Below are positions 1 to 12,141 of a stretch of 64,000 nucleotides of DNA, piece by piece. The stretch comes from Felis catus. Its lineage: Eukaryota. The notes below the pieces were generated by a model, which did no database searches, was not told where the DNA came from, and was given only the letters and a program-made list of their open reading frames with translations. Numbering within the stretch: the stretch's first letter is position 1; the number at the start of each line of letters is the position of its first letter. The stretch is taken from assembly GCF_018350175.1 (NCBI RefSeq), contig NC_058368.1, positions 77,192,001 to 77,256,000 of the forward strand. The letters are read 5' to 3'. The translations under genes and the position numbers were made by a program.

Positions 1-934
1 AAAGGGAGTGGCCAGGAGGCCAACTTGGCAGTGAGTTTCCAGCAATGCAATAGGGTATCTGGTTCCACAGTTTAATCAAGGCGCTGTGTGCAGAGCGCCA
101 CCAAGAGTCTCAGGAACCACAAAGGAAGTGAGGACGTCTCCCCCCCCCCCCTCCCCCGGAGGGCAGGGCTACCGGCCGAGGCACGCAAAGTCTCCAGATT
201 CCAGAGACAGAGAGTGCCCGGTGGAGGAGACACCATGACAAGAGCACTGGTCTTCTACTGAGGAAGGGGAGGTGAGAATGTAGGGAGGGAGCCAGAGTGA
301 TGCCACCCACTTCCTTTCCTCCAGCCTGCCTGTACTCCCAGAGTACAGGGCCCAACTGGAAACGAGGAGTCCACTGAAATAATGCACACAGACCAAAGGA
401 AGATACCCACAGACAGACCATGGAAAGTTTCATTAGGATGTCAAAGAGTTGGGTTCTTATCCGACAGGTGGCTGAAAGACATTAAAAGTTCTAGAAGACA
501 TGGCTCATCAGCCCCGTATCCCAATGGGCACATCCAGCTAGCATGCTTTGTGGCCGCCCGACTTGCTTCCCTCGCTCAGATTCAATGGACTGTGATTTTG
601 AGAACGATGGAATTAAGATGCACAAAACTGGGGGCGGTGTGCAGGAAGGATGCCGATGCAGTGATGAACAAGATGAGAGCCCGAGCAAGAGTGGTGTCGA
701 TGGGGACGTGAGGGAGAGACTGAGTCTGACAAGTATTTTGGAGATAGGATATGGATGTCGAGGGGGCGAGGAGTCAAGCATGAGTCTAGATCTACTGCTT
801 GAAAGTATGAGTAGGTAGCGGTACCACCCAATGAGGTAGAGAACACAGGCTTAGGAGGCAGTTTAGTGATGAATATAGCCAATTTAATAAGTTTAAATTT
901 GTAAAGTAGGATTGTAAGAGTCACATAAATTTAA

Positions 935-1154
935 TTTTCTTTTTTTTTTTCAACGTTTATTTATTTTGGGGACAGAGAGAGACACAGCATGAACGGGGGA
1001 GGGGCAGAGAGAGAGGGAGACACAGAATCGGAAACAGGCTCCAGGCTCTGAGCCATCAACCCAGAGCCCGATGCGGGGCTTGAACTCACGGACTGCGAGA
1101 TCGTGACCTGGTTGAAGTCGGACGCTTAACCGACTGCGCCACCCAGGCGCCCCT
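935..1154 (-). mobile_element. CanSINE (SINEC_Fc-type), full length
   Basis: Reverse complement of GGGGCGCCTGGGTGGCGCAGTCGGTTAAGCGTCCGACTTC head, (GA)n linker and poly-T tail. 18-bp TSD AGAGTCA(C/T)ATAAATTTAA at 917-934 and 1155-1172. Confidence 0.97.
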
Positions 1155-2230
1155 AGAGTCATATAAATTTAAAGCCATCTTGATCTTAATCGGCCTCAAG
1201 ACTCATGATTCCGCTTCAAGGCCATTCACGATCTGGTCTTTATCTTTGCCATTCCTCTGGTGTCCAAAATCATAGATTTTGAAGACTATAGGTATCATAA
1301 ATTTTTTTTGTCTCAATTCCCCCTCCCCCACCGTTCGACCTGCATTTTATGTTTTTGTGATTGAAGAGTAGTTCAAATTTGATTGCAAAGGCTTGGCTAC
1401 AGATAATCTTAACCAAATCGCAAAATAGTATATACTTAAATTTATTTTATCCAAATAAACTTAAACCCTTAATAGTCTGACACTGCTGAATTTCTCTCCT
1501 TCTTGGAAGTGTTATTATGAGTGGCCTCAGGCAAGCTACTTCTTACCCAGTTTCAATAATACATAGCCACTTGAAGTGTTATAAACGAGTTTTCACAAAA
1601 CCCACCCCTATAGGCAAAATAGAAATAATAATACTTTGCAAAATTGAGGTCATAGGTATTAATTATTTCAGGTTCTAAGCAGGGATGCAGCAGACATTTT
1701 GTTTCTAGGACAGGATGTTTCTGCAATGCTTTGTTCTTCCATGTAATTATAGATCACTTAAAAAGTATACTTAAAATACGACTTGATGTTTAACTCTTCT
1801 AAATAACATGTTCAAAGGATAACAATTTAATTATGGAAACATGATTTTTCTTTATTATCACATTCTCTCATATAAATACTGGATTATGAGTACCTTAAAT
1901 TCATACACGGATATAACTCTTCAACATTCATTTTTGCTTTGCTCTGCTGATTCCTTGTGATTCTGCCAGTTAATATAATAAGATTTTATTTGCAAGGCAA
2001 ACCTTGTAGAAATGGTTTCTTTCTTTCTTGGCACTATGTTGGTCATTTCAGCGGCTTCCACAGGAGTTGTGTCTGTTAGATAACCCAGTACTTACAGTTA
2101 AGATGATTTTCCAGTCATGGGTAGTTTAGGGCATTTATTAGCGGATGCATCTAAGGTTACTTAAAAAAATATATTTAAAATGCTTGCTAATTAGTACCAT
2201 TTGTGCAGAATCAATTTCTTAGCAGAATGT

Positions 2231-2232
2231 TT

Positions 2233-2277
<45 letters not shown>

Positions 2278-2300
2278 TTTCTTTCTTTCTTCTTTTTTTC
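2231..2300. repeat. (TTTC)n microsatellite
   Basis: Direct reading of tandem TTTC units. Confidence 0.95.
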
Positions 2301-2453
2301 TATACAAAAGTAAATGCTTAAGCAAACACACCAACCCAGATAAATGTAAGGACCTTCTTGCTTTAAATCCAGCCATTATTGCCAAGACTTTGGGACCTGG
2401 TGTTTGTTTAGCATAGGTGGGCTCACAGTCCCTTTCTCCTGGGATTGCCTTTT

Positions 2454-2671
2454 AAAAAAATTTTTTTTAACGTTTATTTGTTTTTGAGACAGAGAGAGAC
2501 AGAGCATGAACAGGGGAGGGGCAGAGAGAGAGGGAGACACAGAATCGGAAACAGGCCTCAGGCTCTGAGCTGTCAGCACAGAGCCCTACGCGGGGCTCGA
2601 ACTCACGGACCGTGAGATGATGACCTGAGCCGAAGTCGGACACTTAACCGACCGAGCCACCCAGGCGCCCC
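2454..2671 (-). mobile_element. CanSINE (feliform type), full length
   Basis: SINE head ...GAGCCACCCAGGCGCCCC. TSD CTGGGATTGCCTTTT at 2439-2453 and 2671-2685. Confidence 0.96.
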
Positions 2672-3111
2672 TGGGATTGCCTTTTTGCTACCAGTCCTGC
2701 TTTGCTGGTGCGCTGGGGCTTAGAAAAAAATAAAAGCTCTGAAATGTGTTGACTCTCTAAGTTCTGGCGAGAAATCCTTTAATTGGATGTTTACCCCAAT
2801 TACCCCAAATAGAACTTAACATATTCTTGCTAGTTTTAGGGGTTTTAAGCCCTTCCTAGGGCCTGGCAAAATCCTTCCAAAAGCTCTTGCTTCCTGTCCT
2901 GACTTATCTTGTCACTCAGTAACACAGCATGGGGAAACAACACGGATCACAGCATACCGTGGTCCTCCGAAATGGACTTTTCCCCTAATCAGTGAGCTTT
3001 GACGTGGCCCCTTAGCTCATATCCCACCTCCTGTTTCTTTCTGCAGGTAGTTGAGGAGTAGGACTTGTGCCCGATTGCTTTAGAATATGGCCATAAGAAA
3101 AGGAAAAAAAA

Positions 3112-3326
3112 GGGGCGCCTGGGTGGCGCAGTCGGTTAAGCGTCCGACTTCAGCCAGGTCACGATCTCGCGGTCCATGAGTTCGAGGCTCGCGTCGGGCT
3201 CTGGGCTGATAGCTCGGAGCCTGGAGCCTGTTTCTGATTCTGTGTCTTCCTCTCTCTCTGTCCCTCCCCCGTTCATGCTCTGTCTCTCTCTGTCCCAAAA
3301 ATAAATAAACGTTAAAAAAAAAAAAA
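3112..3326 (+). mobile_element. CanSINE (SINEC_Fc-type), full length
   Basis: GGGGCGCCTGGGTGGCGCAGTCGGTTAAG head, CT-rich linker, AATAAATAAACGTT-polyA. TSD AAGAAAAGGAAAAAAAA at 3095-3111 and 3327-3343. Confidence 0.97.
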
Positions 3327-3805
3327 AAGAAAAGGAAAAAAAAGAAAAGAAGAAAAGAAAAGAAAAGAAGGCTATAGCACCTTAAATTATTCACATGCAA
3401 TCCAGATATTTTCCTGGTAAATACTGTAGTACATATGTAAATATAGAAGACAACAATTTCCTTATCGCCATGATTCAGAGACTACAGCCGAGTCATTGAA
3501 GGCATATTCCTGGCCAGTTTGTTTGTCTAGAAAAATATAGCTATTTTCCTCTCTGCGGTTTGTGATTACAAATGAGGTAGAACATAAGCAGTTCCAGCTT
3601 CTAGACAATCCTATCTCTTGTACAGGGGAATGATCTACAAAGGTATAATCAAGCCTACTTTGAAAGAACTCTATTAGAAAACAAAACGAAATGAAATGAA
3701 ACACACCTCCTTTCGAACAAGTCATAAGCTTTAAGTATATTGTCTTTAGGGTTTAGCAGGAGACGGGGTTGGGCAACTCATTTACGAAAATAGCCCTCAC
3801 AGCAA

Positions 3806-3972
3806 GAGGACCGTCATCTGCAAACCAAGAAGCGGGCCCTCACGGAGAACCAAATCTGCTGGCCCCTTGATCTTGGACTTCCCAGCCTCCAGAATTGTGA
3901 GAAATAACTACCTGTTCTTTAAACCCCCCAGTCTAGGGTATTTTGTTACAGCAGCCTGAGCTGACTAAAACA
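3806..3972 (+). mobile_element. ERVL-MaLR (MLT1-like) LTR, 3' part
   Basis: CCTTGATCTTGGACTTCCCAGCCTCCAGAATTGTGAGAAATAA...TTTTGTTACAGCAGCCTGAGCTGACTAAAACA matches the typical MaLR LTR 3' end. Confidence 0.88.
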
Positions 3973-4950
3973 ATCTACTCGAAAAGTTTTAGCTACTTGA
4001 AAAGAGATTTAAGAAACCCAAAATTTCATGGTTTTTAAACTAGACCTGCGGGATTAAGGTAGGTGGGACTGTCCTACATTTACTTCTGTTGCGATATAGT
4101 TTATTCTTACCCTGGATTAGCATCAAGAATGACCTAAGTGAAAATCAAGCGTGCATCTTTTTATGAGAAGTTTAGACAGTTTAAGGAGTGAGATATTGTT
4201 GCTACCGCGGCTCAGCAGATGGGCTTTGGCAATGACTTCACTATCATCTGGGCTTGGAGGAAGTGAAGTAGGTGACATCTGAGGGCCAGGTGAAATCTGA
4301 TACCCACATCTTCGGAACTACTCACACAGGTCGATTGATTTTTGCAGAAATACTCTGTATTTTTTTTGCAACTTGATATTTTTATTTTTTATTTTTTTGG
4401 GTCAACTATGTATGAAGGGAATGGAAAATGGAAGGTCAAAAGAAGCAAAGTGAGGAGTCTTTGAGTTAAGGGAACCATGATGGACCATCCAGATTCTCTC
4501 CTTGTCCAAAGGAATCCTCAGATCACCACCTCTGGAATTTCTTCCTGCCCAGACCTCCAACTGTGAGTGAGTCCCAGAAAGACAGAGCTAATTGGCTGAA
4601 GTTTCTACAGCCACTGAACACTCAGTTCTACCTCCTTCTGTCCTCCCTGTCCTTACTTCCCCACCACCTACTCCCCACCAGCTCCAGATAAGAATAAGCC
4701 AGTCCGTAAACTTTCATTCAAGAGATGCCAAAATTCCTGATCCAGCTTAGTCTGCACTGTTTTTTTGTTTTTTTGTTTTTTTAAAGCGCTGCAATTTTAA
4801 GCCTGACTTCAGGTTCATGGCATTCTTGGTACAATATCCGAATATCAGTACACTATCCGAATGCTGCTCGTGGTGGGGGAACGGGGAAGGAAGGGCTATA
4901 GCTTTGCTCTATTTACAGATTCAGCTCTTCACTGACTTCAAAAGCCAATT

Positions 4951-5035
4951 AAAAAAAAAAAAAAAAGAAAAAGGAAAAAAAAAAAAAAGAAAAAGGAAAA
5001 AAAAAAAAAAAGAAAAAGGAAAAAAAAAAAAAAAA
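4951..5035. repeat. A-rich tandem repeat, three copies of a 22-bp unit (A14 G A5 GG)
   Basis: Direct reading. Confidence 0.9.
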
Positions 5036-5799
5036 CAACAGAGCAGACTTCCAGTCATGGTGCTTTAATTTTAGGCTGTTTTTAATCCTGGGGGAATGAA
5101 AATTCTCTCTTTGGTAATTTCCTTTCTTGCTCAGGGTTTGTACTTTTACAAGGTTTTCCCTTCTTATCAGCCTGGCCACTGTCACAGCTATTGTAACTCA
5201 AATGTTGACAAAGGGTAAAAAATAAAAATAAAAAAAAAAATCCAAAAGACAAACCCCCAAACCTCTCCAAAACAAAACCATGAAAACAAAAAACAAAAAA
5301 TAAGAAACAAACAAACAAAAACGATTTCTCTTTGGCATGTTGCCTTGGAAAGAGGGCAGTTCTGGGGACAAACGGTGAAACAAGTCCACGGGGGACTGGA
5401 ATCGAAGGAGCCCACTGTCATTTTTCTGGAAAACAAATACTGTGCAGATAATCCAAAATGTTTTCAAAGGAGCGACTGTACCAGTGAGTCTTTATATTCT
5501 GGAGGACTGAGTTATTCACTCACAATCGTTTAAAGCTTTTACTTCAAACATTTTTAAGGTGTTCCTCAGCCATCAGCCAATATGTCACAAAGTGACATTG
5601 GCAAGCACGGGCTCACATCACCCACGGCATCTAGGACCATCTCTTAATTGTTTCTGTTCCAGCTCAGGGTGTATCTTAGAGAACCGGAGATAGATTCAAG
5701 AAAAGGCTTCGTCAGATGCCCAGCTCACTTTTCCTGTGACACGTGATTTATTCTGGGGACTCATGACCTTTGTTTGCTGTTAAAGGAGTATTTTAGCTT

Positions 5800-6500
5800 G
5801 TGGGGGCATCCGTGTTGGGCTCTGACGATGCGAACCAAGAGGACGCCGCCTTCTTTCGGAGTGTATAGAGGAGAGCCAGGTAATGGGGTGCCCAGGGGGA
5901 CCCACACGGAAGAAAGGCGGGGACACAGCGTGAGCGCAGAGAGTGGGGCCGTCCTGTCTGTCACGTTGCCCAGAGAAGAAGATGTGATGGGGGCAGGTTT
6001 TCTCCTGAAATAACCTTAATGACAGCGACGAGGCAGCAAAATGCCAAAGCTTTCCAATCACCGCACACGGCAACCATTCGCACACCCCAAAGAATATGGG
6101 AATTCTCGTATTTCCACTTGAAAGTAAAGGGAAATTGGCATCCGCTCCCACGTGTTCGACGGGACCCCGCGGGTGTGGCGGGTCAGGCACACGGAAGGAG
6201 TGGTGATTTCACAGAGCGCAGACATCTGGCTCGAATGCTTTGCATGCTTTGCCCTCTGTGTCTTGTCCTGCTTTACCCGTGCCTGTGGCACTGCCGTGCC
6301 GGGGAACGCGTGTGGGTGGTGGCACCCAGGGGCCCGCAGGCCGCATGGGGTGCTGCCACTGGGTTTCCATGCAGGGAGCTGAGCTGGGCCGCAGCGGGGA
6401 CAGAGTGGGGGTGTGACATCTTTCCCAGCCGGCCCCTCTAACGGTGATGGAGATGAGACCAAGCATAGGGGGTGGGCAGGGGTGGGGGGGCAGAGAGCAG
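5800..6500. promoter_or_regulatory. CpG-island-like GC-rich patch with a G-quadruplex motif at its 3' edge
   Basis: Roughly 40 CpG dinucleotides by eye in about 650 bp. CACGTG near 6149. G5-T-G3-CA-G4-T-G7 at 6468-6490. Confidence 0.5.
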
Positions 6501-6696
6501 GGGTATGACCTCAGGATGCCTGGGAATCTGGTTCCAGTGGGGCTGCAGATGAAACTCAGAGCCAGAGGTGGGGTATGAGCCTCAGTCAGGAGCTCAACGA
6601 TGAAAGAGGCAGTGTAAGGAAGAGGAGAGATATTTGAGACGTTTTTAAGGGTTGGAAGCACCAAAACTTACTAAATAATTAGAAAGGGGAGCTAAG

Positions 6697-6832
6697 GGGG
6701 GCTCCTAGGTGGCTCGGTCGAGAATTGATTCAGTTGAGCATTTGACTCTTGATTTCAGCTCAGGCCTTGATCCCAGGATCATGGGATTGAGCCTTGAGGA
6801 GGGCTCTGTGCTCAGCATGGAGCCTACTTGAG

Positions 6833-6866
<34 letters not shown>

Positions 6867-6911
6867 CCTCTCCCCCACTGGAGTCTTCTCTCTCTTAAAA
6901 AAAAAAAAAAA
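6697..6911 (+). mobile_element. Older CanSINE subfamily copy, probably inserted in an L2 relic
   Basis: GGGGCTCCTAGGTGGCTC...GACTCTTGATTTCAGCTCAGG head, (CT)n and poly-A. Confidence 0.92.
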
Positions 6912-7147
6912 GAAGGAACAAAGGAGAGGATGAGTCCAAGATAAGAGCAGCAATCGCTTATCTTTACTTTGTACTATCCGAATGCCACGTCTTGCCCTGA
7001 GCATTCCCCTCGGGTTGTGTCACTGCGTGCATCTTAGAAATCTCTGTGAAGCCCATTTCCCCCAATAGATCCAGGCTTAAAACTGCTGGGCAGCTCCTGG
7101 AGCCATTCACTGAAACAGAGAAGAAGAAGAATCACAAGAGAACTTGA

Positions 7148-7366
7148 CAGTTATTGAGTGCTTACTATGGGTTGGGCAGAATTCTCAGCCCCTTTCAGAA
7201 ATTGAGGGGCTTAATTCCAAATGACTATGACAGTGTCTTATTATTTCCCCCATTTTACAGGTGAAGAAACTAAGGCATGGAGAGGCTAGGTGATTTGGCC
7301 AAAGTCACACAGCTTGTAAAGCAAAAGAGTCAGGATTTGAACCCAGGCCATCTGGCTCTCGAGCCC
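7148..7366 (-). mobile_element. MIR SINE
   Basis: CCCATTTTACAGGTGAAGAAACTAAGGC...AAAGTCACACAGC...GGATTTGAACCCAGG is the reverse-complement MIR core. Confidence 0.9.
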
Positions 7367-10076
7367 ATTTTTTTTTAAAGACTTCTTTACACTAGAAGTT
7401 TAGAAACGTGGGAGGGACCTTCTCTTCCCCTCTATCTCTTTGGATAGAGAGATATCTGCTCTATCCAAAGAGCACGGTCCTCCAGAGAGTTGAGTTTATT
7501 GGTTGGAACTTGGAATAGTGTTCCGAGCATGAACCCTGGGGATGTACAGTTGGGAGTTGCTACCTTACAGCTGAATTCAAAACCTGGGAAGTTATGTGGG
7601 GTTGCCCAGAGACCACCCTAAGCTGCACGTATGACCACTGATGATCAAGTGATCAAATGATCATACCCGTGACTACCGTGCTCCTTAAAGCCCCTCCAGC
7701 TGGCCGAGCACCATCTAAATACCTGATCCGCCGACCCCTGCCCTCTCGCGGAGAAGTTCGCTGTCACCACTGATGTATTAACCTCATAAACACGAACACG
7801 TGTTTTCATGCAAAAACACAGGACACTCGATTCTTGGAACTGTATATATTTTGTCACGGATTTTTATTTTGTCTACCTCCCAGTTTTTTTCTCAAAGATG
7901 GAAAATCATACTATCTCGTTCTCGGGGGCTGTGGTGGTTCATGGGATTTCCATCGGAGTGAAATGAAGCACTCAGGCAATTACTTACATAATTAAGGGGA
8001 AAATACCATTTGAGATAGCGCAATAGTGGTGGGAAGAGTAATTATTTTTGATATTAAATTATCTCTCAAGTTGTCTCAATTCTCCAGTCTGTGACAATGC
8101 CTGCAGCAGCGATATTATCTCTGTGAACAAAATGGAACCTCTTTACAGTGGGCTTGTGGGGTTGCAGTGGGATCGGCAGAAATTCTTGCCGAAAGCCGGC
8201 CTTTTTCTCAGAAGGGGGGATGCGAGAACAATGACACTGAACAAAATGAACAAAAATGAACAAAATGAACAAAAATATTATCAGAGGATGCTCCTGACAT
8301 TTCAAGGTCAACCCTTGCCTTGACTCTTGATTTCAAGAGTCAGATCTTGGCTTGGGTTGTCCGTGAATGGGTCCACACGACGCCGGAATCATCGCTTAGG
8401 AGTCTGTACGTCCGATGAAATAGTTGTGTGGTTTGTGGCAGGTTGAATCCGGTAAATCAGCTGAATACCATTTTGTTTTCTTTCTCTCGTGGAATCGTTT
8501 ACATGGTTTTTAGTGTGCAGAAACATTCTAGATGGAAGTGAGAATCTCAAAATTAGATGTACGTTCTTGGAATATTTAAGAGCAGCGCCCACAAGCCTTT
8601 ATTTTACTTGTTGTTGCTCACTTAATGTTCAGGGTGGATGTTATTCTGCTCACTAGGAAGAAGAGATACTGATTTTGTGAAGGTCGAGGGGACTTCCTCA
8701 AGGTCATTCAGCCTTCAGGGATGCAGACAAGATTTTAAGCAAAGTCTTCGATGAGCAATCCAACTTCCTTTTCTGTATCAGAGTATCCGATGCTGCTAGG
8801 TAAAGACTTTGTAAATCACAGCCCACAGCTTGATAACATGTTTTCTACTTTTAGTTCTTGGTGATTTAGCAGCGCAAGAGGGAAATTGGTGACATGATGG
8901 CGATTTGTTTACTGCTAAGACGAGTGCCTTGTGTTTACCTGAGGAGCATACAGTATTTCTAAAAATAAGCACCGCCTTACCTCCGAGGATTCACCGGGTG
9001 CTCAGGCCATGACGGGAGCCAATAAACAGTAGCGATAACAGAAGAGGAAAGACCACATTTATTTCAGCCTGTCATGTCAATCAGAGAACTCACTAACCTT
9101 TTCTGAAGGAGGCTACTGCTATCAAGGAAAATAGGTTTCGGGGCTGGTAACACACCTCAAGTGACACAGCACATCTGTGACCCGGCGACTTCTGGACTTC
9201 CGACAAGCTCTTTGGCAGATAAGCCCTTACACCAGGAGGACCTCATCGTTGGAGTCTGTTTAGCTGTTATCTGTAATAGGTGTCCAATCTTGGCTTTTCT
9301 TTTCTTCTTCCCTGTGAAAGAGTAGTAGAAGCAAAACAAAACAAAAGATGCATCCCCCCTAAGGAGACTCAGCCTTAAGCCGATCGATATCCGTTGACGT
9401 TTAGCATCCGTATCGCAAGGTACACCAGCGAGAATGGCGCTTCGGACAACATGCACAGAAAATTTTCCATCAGTATGTACAAATCAACTCACGACATAGT
9501 AGGGTGGTCACCACGTCACTTCCACTGCACGATGACGCCGAGAAGTCATGGAGGGAAAAATACAAGTGCGCCTGGCGACGATGTCCATGTTCTAGTTGAA
9601 GACGTTGTTCTGACTGAGAAAAACAGGTTGTCTTCCAAGTTTAATGAGTTCTTTGAAAGTTCTTGTATTTTTTTCCCCTGCTTCACAGAATCCTCGTTGC
9701 CTGAGCTGTGACCCTTTTCTGTTCTTATTTTTAAATTCCTTTCACCGTGGATTCTTTCTCGCAGAGGGCTCAGCCGGCTCTTCCATGACGGGTTTGTGCA
9801 TGCAGTCACAGTTGTGACAGACATTTGCTAATGTCTCTTCTTTGGTGGGAAAATGTAGAATGGATCAGCATTCAGGGAATTTTTTTCAGAAAACCCTATT
9901 TCCCTGATGCTGTGATAATGATGTTCCTGAATAGCTGATTTTATTGCAGACGGGGTGAGGGAAATTGAGGAACAGAAGCTGAGTCTCTCCCAAGACTCTC
10001 ATGCACTGACTTGCATGAAGTGATGGTAACAGACCCAAAGGTTCATTTCCGGTTCTCTAAAAATTTGGGGTAGGCA

Positions 10077-10089
10077 TTTTTTTCATCGT

Positions 10090-10128
<39 letters not shown>

Positions 10129-10316
10129 TGAGAGAGGGAGGGCAGGGGAGGGGCAGGGCGAGGGAGAGAGACAGAAACCCACACAGGCTCTGCACTGCCA
10201 GTGCAGAGCCCAAGGCGGGACTTGAACCCACGAACTGTGAGATCACGACTTGAGCCGAAGTCAAGAGTCGAAATCAAGAGTCGGACGCTTCACCGACTGA
10301 GCCACCCAGACGCCCC
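10077..10316 (-). mobile_element. CanSINE with (TTTA)n tail and an internal 13-bp duplication
   Basis: SINE head ...GAGCCACCCAGACGCCCC. CGAA(G/A)TCAAGAGT is repeated at 10256-10281. Confidence 0.93.
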
Positions 10317-11619
10317 TGGGGAGGTATTCTGTGCACACACATACACACACATACACACACGTAACTGAATCCACATCTCAAATGTGAGTAGACAGGTCAT
10401 TTCATACATTCACTGTTGGTTTTCCTACTTAAATTGTATTATAACATCTGCCAGGAACAATGATTGTTATGTTGGTGCTCGAATCAAAACTGTTTTGGCT
10501 TTGCCCTAGCTGAAGACCGTTAAGAGTATTTTAAGATCATGTAAACAATCCCAAGGTCTCTAGGAACGAGCCCTGGGAAATACTCCGCAAATTCAGCTAT
10601 TTTAGTTCTTGTCTATCTACACTTTATTTCTATTTCCAAACCACGCTCTGTTTCTGTCTTATTAAAGATGGCTAGGATTGCCTTTTAGGAGGTTCACATG
10701 GAGAAAACGCTGTGCCTTTTATTTGCAAAATTTATCACTTTGTAAATGAAGGAAACAGTGTGATTGTTGCTGGCCCGTACTAATTTGGGCTGTATTGGAG
10801 TGTAAGCTAAAACCTTGGCTCAAACCCTCAAGCCCATTAGCAAACACAAACAAGCAGTGGCTTATGTGTATTTGTATTCAATCCAGTGTTAGTTGTCTGT
10901 TTACAAAATATACTTGGTTCCTTGAAACGACTTCCTGGAGCCTTCACACTGGTGTTGGGTTTCTTAGCCAAGCGTACACAATACCCTGGAATTTCAAAAG
11001 TCCTGGATTACCCAGCCAGCCAAGAAAGGGTGTGAGTGAAAACAAAGTAGAAAGAAAAAGGACTTCAACAAGAATCCTTTTGACTTGTCGGTGCCTAGAA
11101 CTTCCCTGAAGGACTCTTAGATGGACTTCATTATTCAGAGAGGCCAAAGGTCACATTCTTAGTTTTTTAAGGCAATACAAATAACCGTTGGTTACTGAAG
11201 GCCTGGCCTTCCCTCTAGTTTCAAAACTGACTTTTATTTCCACCGGTTTGCAGTAGACGTGGGCTAAGTCCCTGGGACAGGGCTCGGCAGGGATCTGACT
11301 GGGAGTTTTCAGTGGCTTCCCTTTGTTGTCCTTGCTGCCTGCAGGTGGAAATCAACTCACAATGCTTAGATCTGATTATTCAAGGCAGCGATATGGCCAC
11401 ATTGCTTAGCGATACAAAGATAACTAGCGGAAAAATTAAAGACAAAGGTGCAAAAGTGGTCGTCTCTGGGAAACAGAGTTACTGGAGGAGGCGGATCAGG
11501 GAAATATTGTTTTTCTTTCTAAGCCCTGAAGTACCTGCTTGCTGTTTGTCTTTATTATGAAAGACATTATATGTGTTATTTCCATTAAAAATTTAAAAAG
11601 AAAAATTCTTTTCTTTTAT

Positions 11620-11851
11620 GGGACGTCTGGGTGGCTCGGTCGGTTAAGCGTCCAACTCTTGATTTGGGCTCAGGTCATGATCTAGAAGTTTGTGAGTTCG
11701 AGTCCTGTGTTGGGCTCTGTGCAGATGGCTTGGACCATGCTTGGGATTCTCTCTCTCCCTCTCTCTGCCCCTCCACTGCTCACGCTCTCCCTCTTTCTTT
11801 CCTCTCTCTCTCTCTCTCTCTCTCTAAATAAATATTTTTAAAAAACTTATT
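11620..11851 (+). mobile_element. Older CanSINE
   Basis: GGGACGTCTGGGTGGCTCGGTCGGTTAAG head. Degenerate 18-bp TSD at 11601-11618 and 11852-11869. Confidence 0.93.
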
Positions 11852-11917
11852 AAAAATTTCTTTCTTTTAAAAATTTTTTGCCACTTGTCTCATTCCATTT
11901 TTTAAATATACTTTTTA

Positions 11918-12141
11918 GGGTGTCTTGATGGCTCAGTCAGTTAAGGATCTGACTTCAGCTCAGGTCATGATCTCACGGTCTGTGAGTTCAAGCCTCGCAT
12001 CGGGCTCTGTGCTGACAGCTCGGAGCCTGGAGCCTGCTTTGGATTCTGTGTCTCCCTCTCTCTCTGCCCCTCCCCCGCTCGCTCACTCTTTCTCTCTGAA
12101 AAGTAAATCAACATTAAAAAATGTCTAAAAAAAGAAAGAAA
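11918..12141 (+). mobile_element. CanSINE (feliform type)
   Basis: GGCTCAGTCAGTTAAGGATCTGACTTCAGCTCAGGTCATG head. Degenerate TSD TTAAATATA(C/A)TTT(T/A)TA at 11902-11917 and 12142-12157. Confidence 0.93.

Noticed and set aside
110..924. Cluster of overlapping ORFs at the window start
   Set aside because: No frame resembles a known protein, and none has convincing splice boundaries.
950..1162. Recurrent ORFs such as 'GAPGWRSRLSVRLQPGHDLAVREF' and 'MAQSVK...SAQV'
   Set aside because: These are translations of CanSINE sequence and recur at each copy.
3112..3200. tRNA genes
   Set aside because: The A/B-box tRNA-like segments are CanSINE heads, not cloverleaf tRNA genes.
8331..8340. TTCAAGAG resembling a synthetic shRNA loop
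   Set aside because: It forms part of the stem rather than a loop, the stem is only 10 bp, and no vector or Pol III cassette is nearby.
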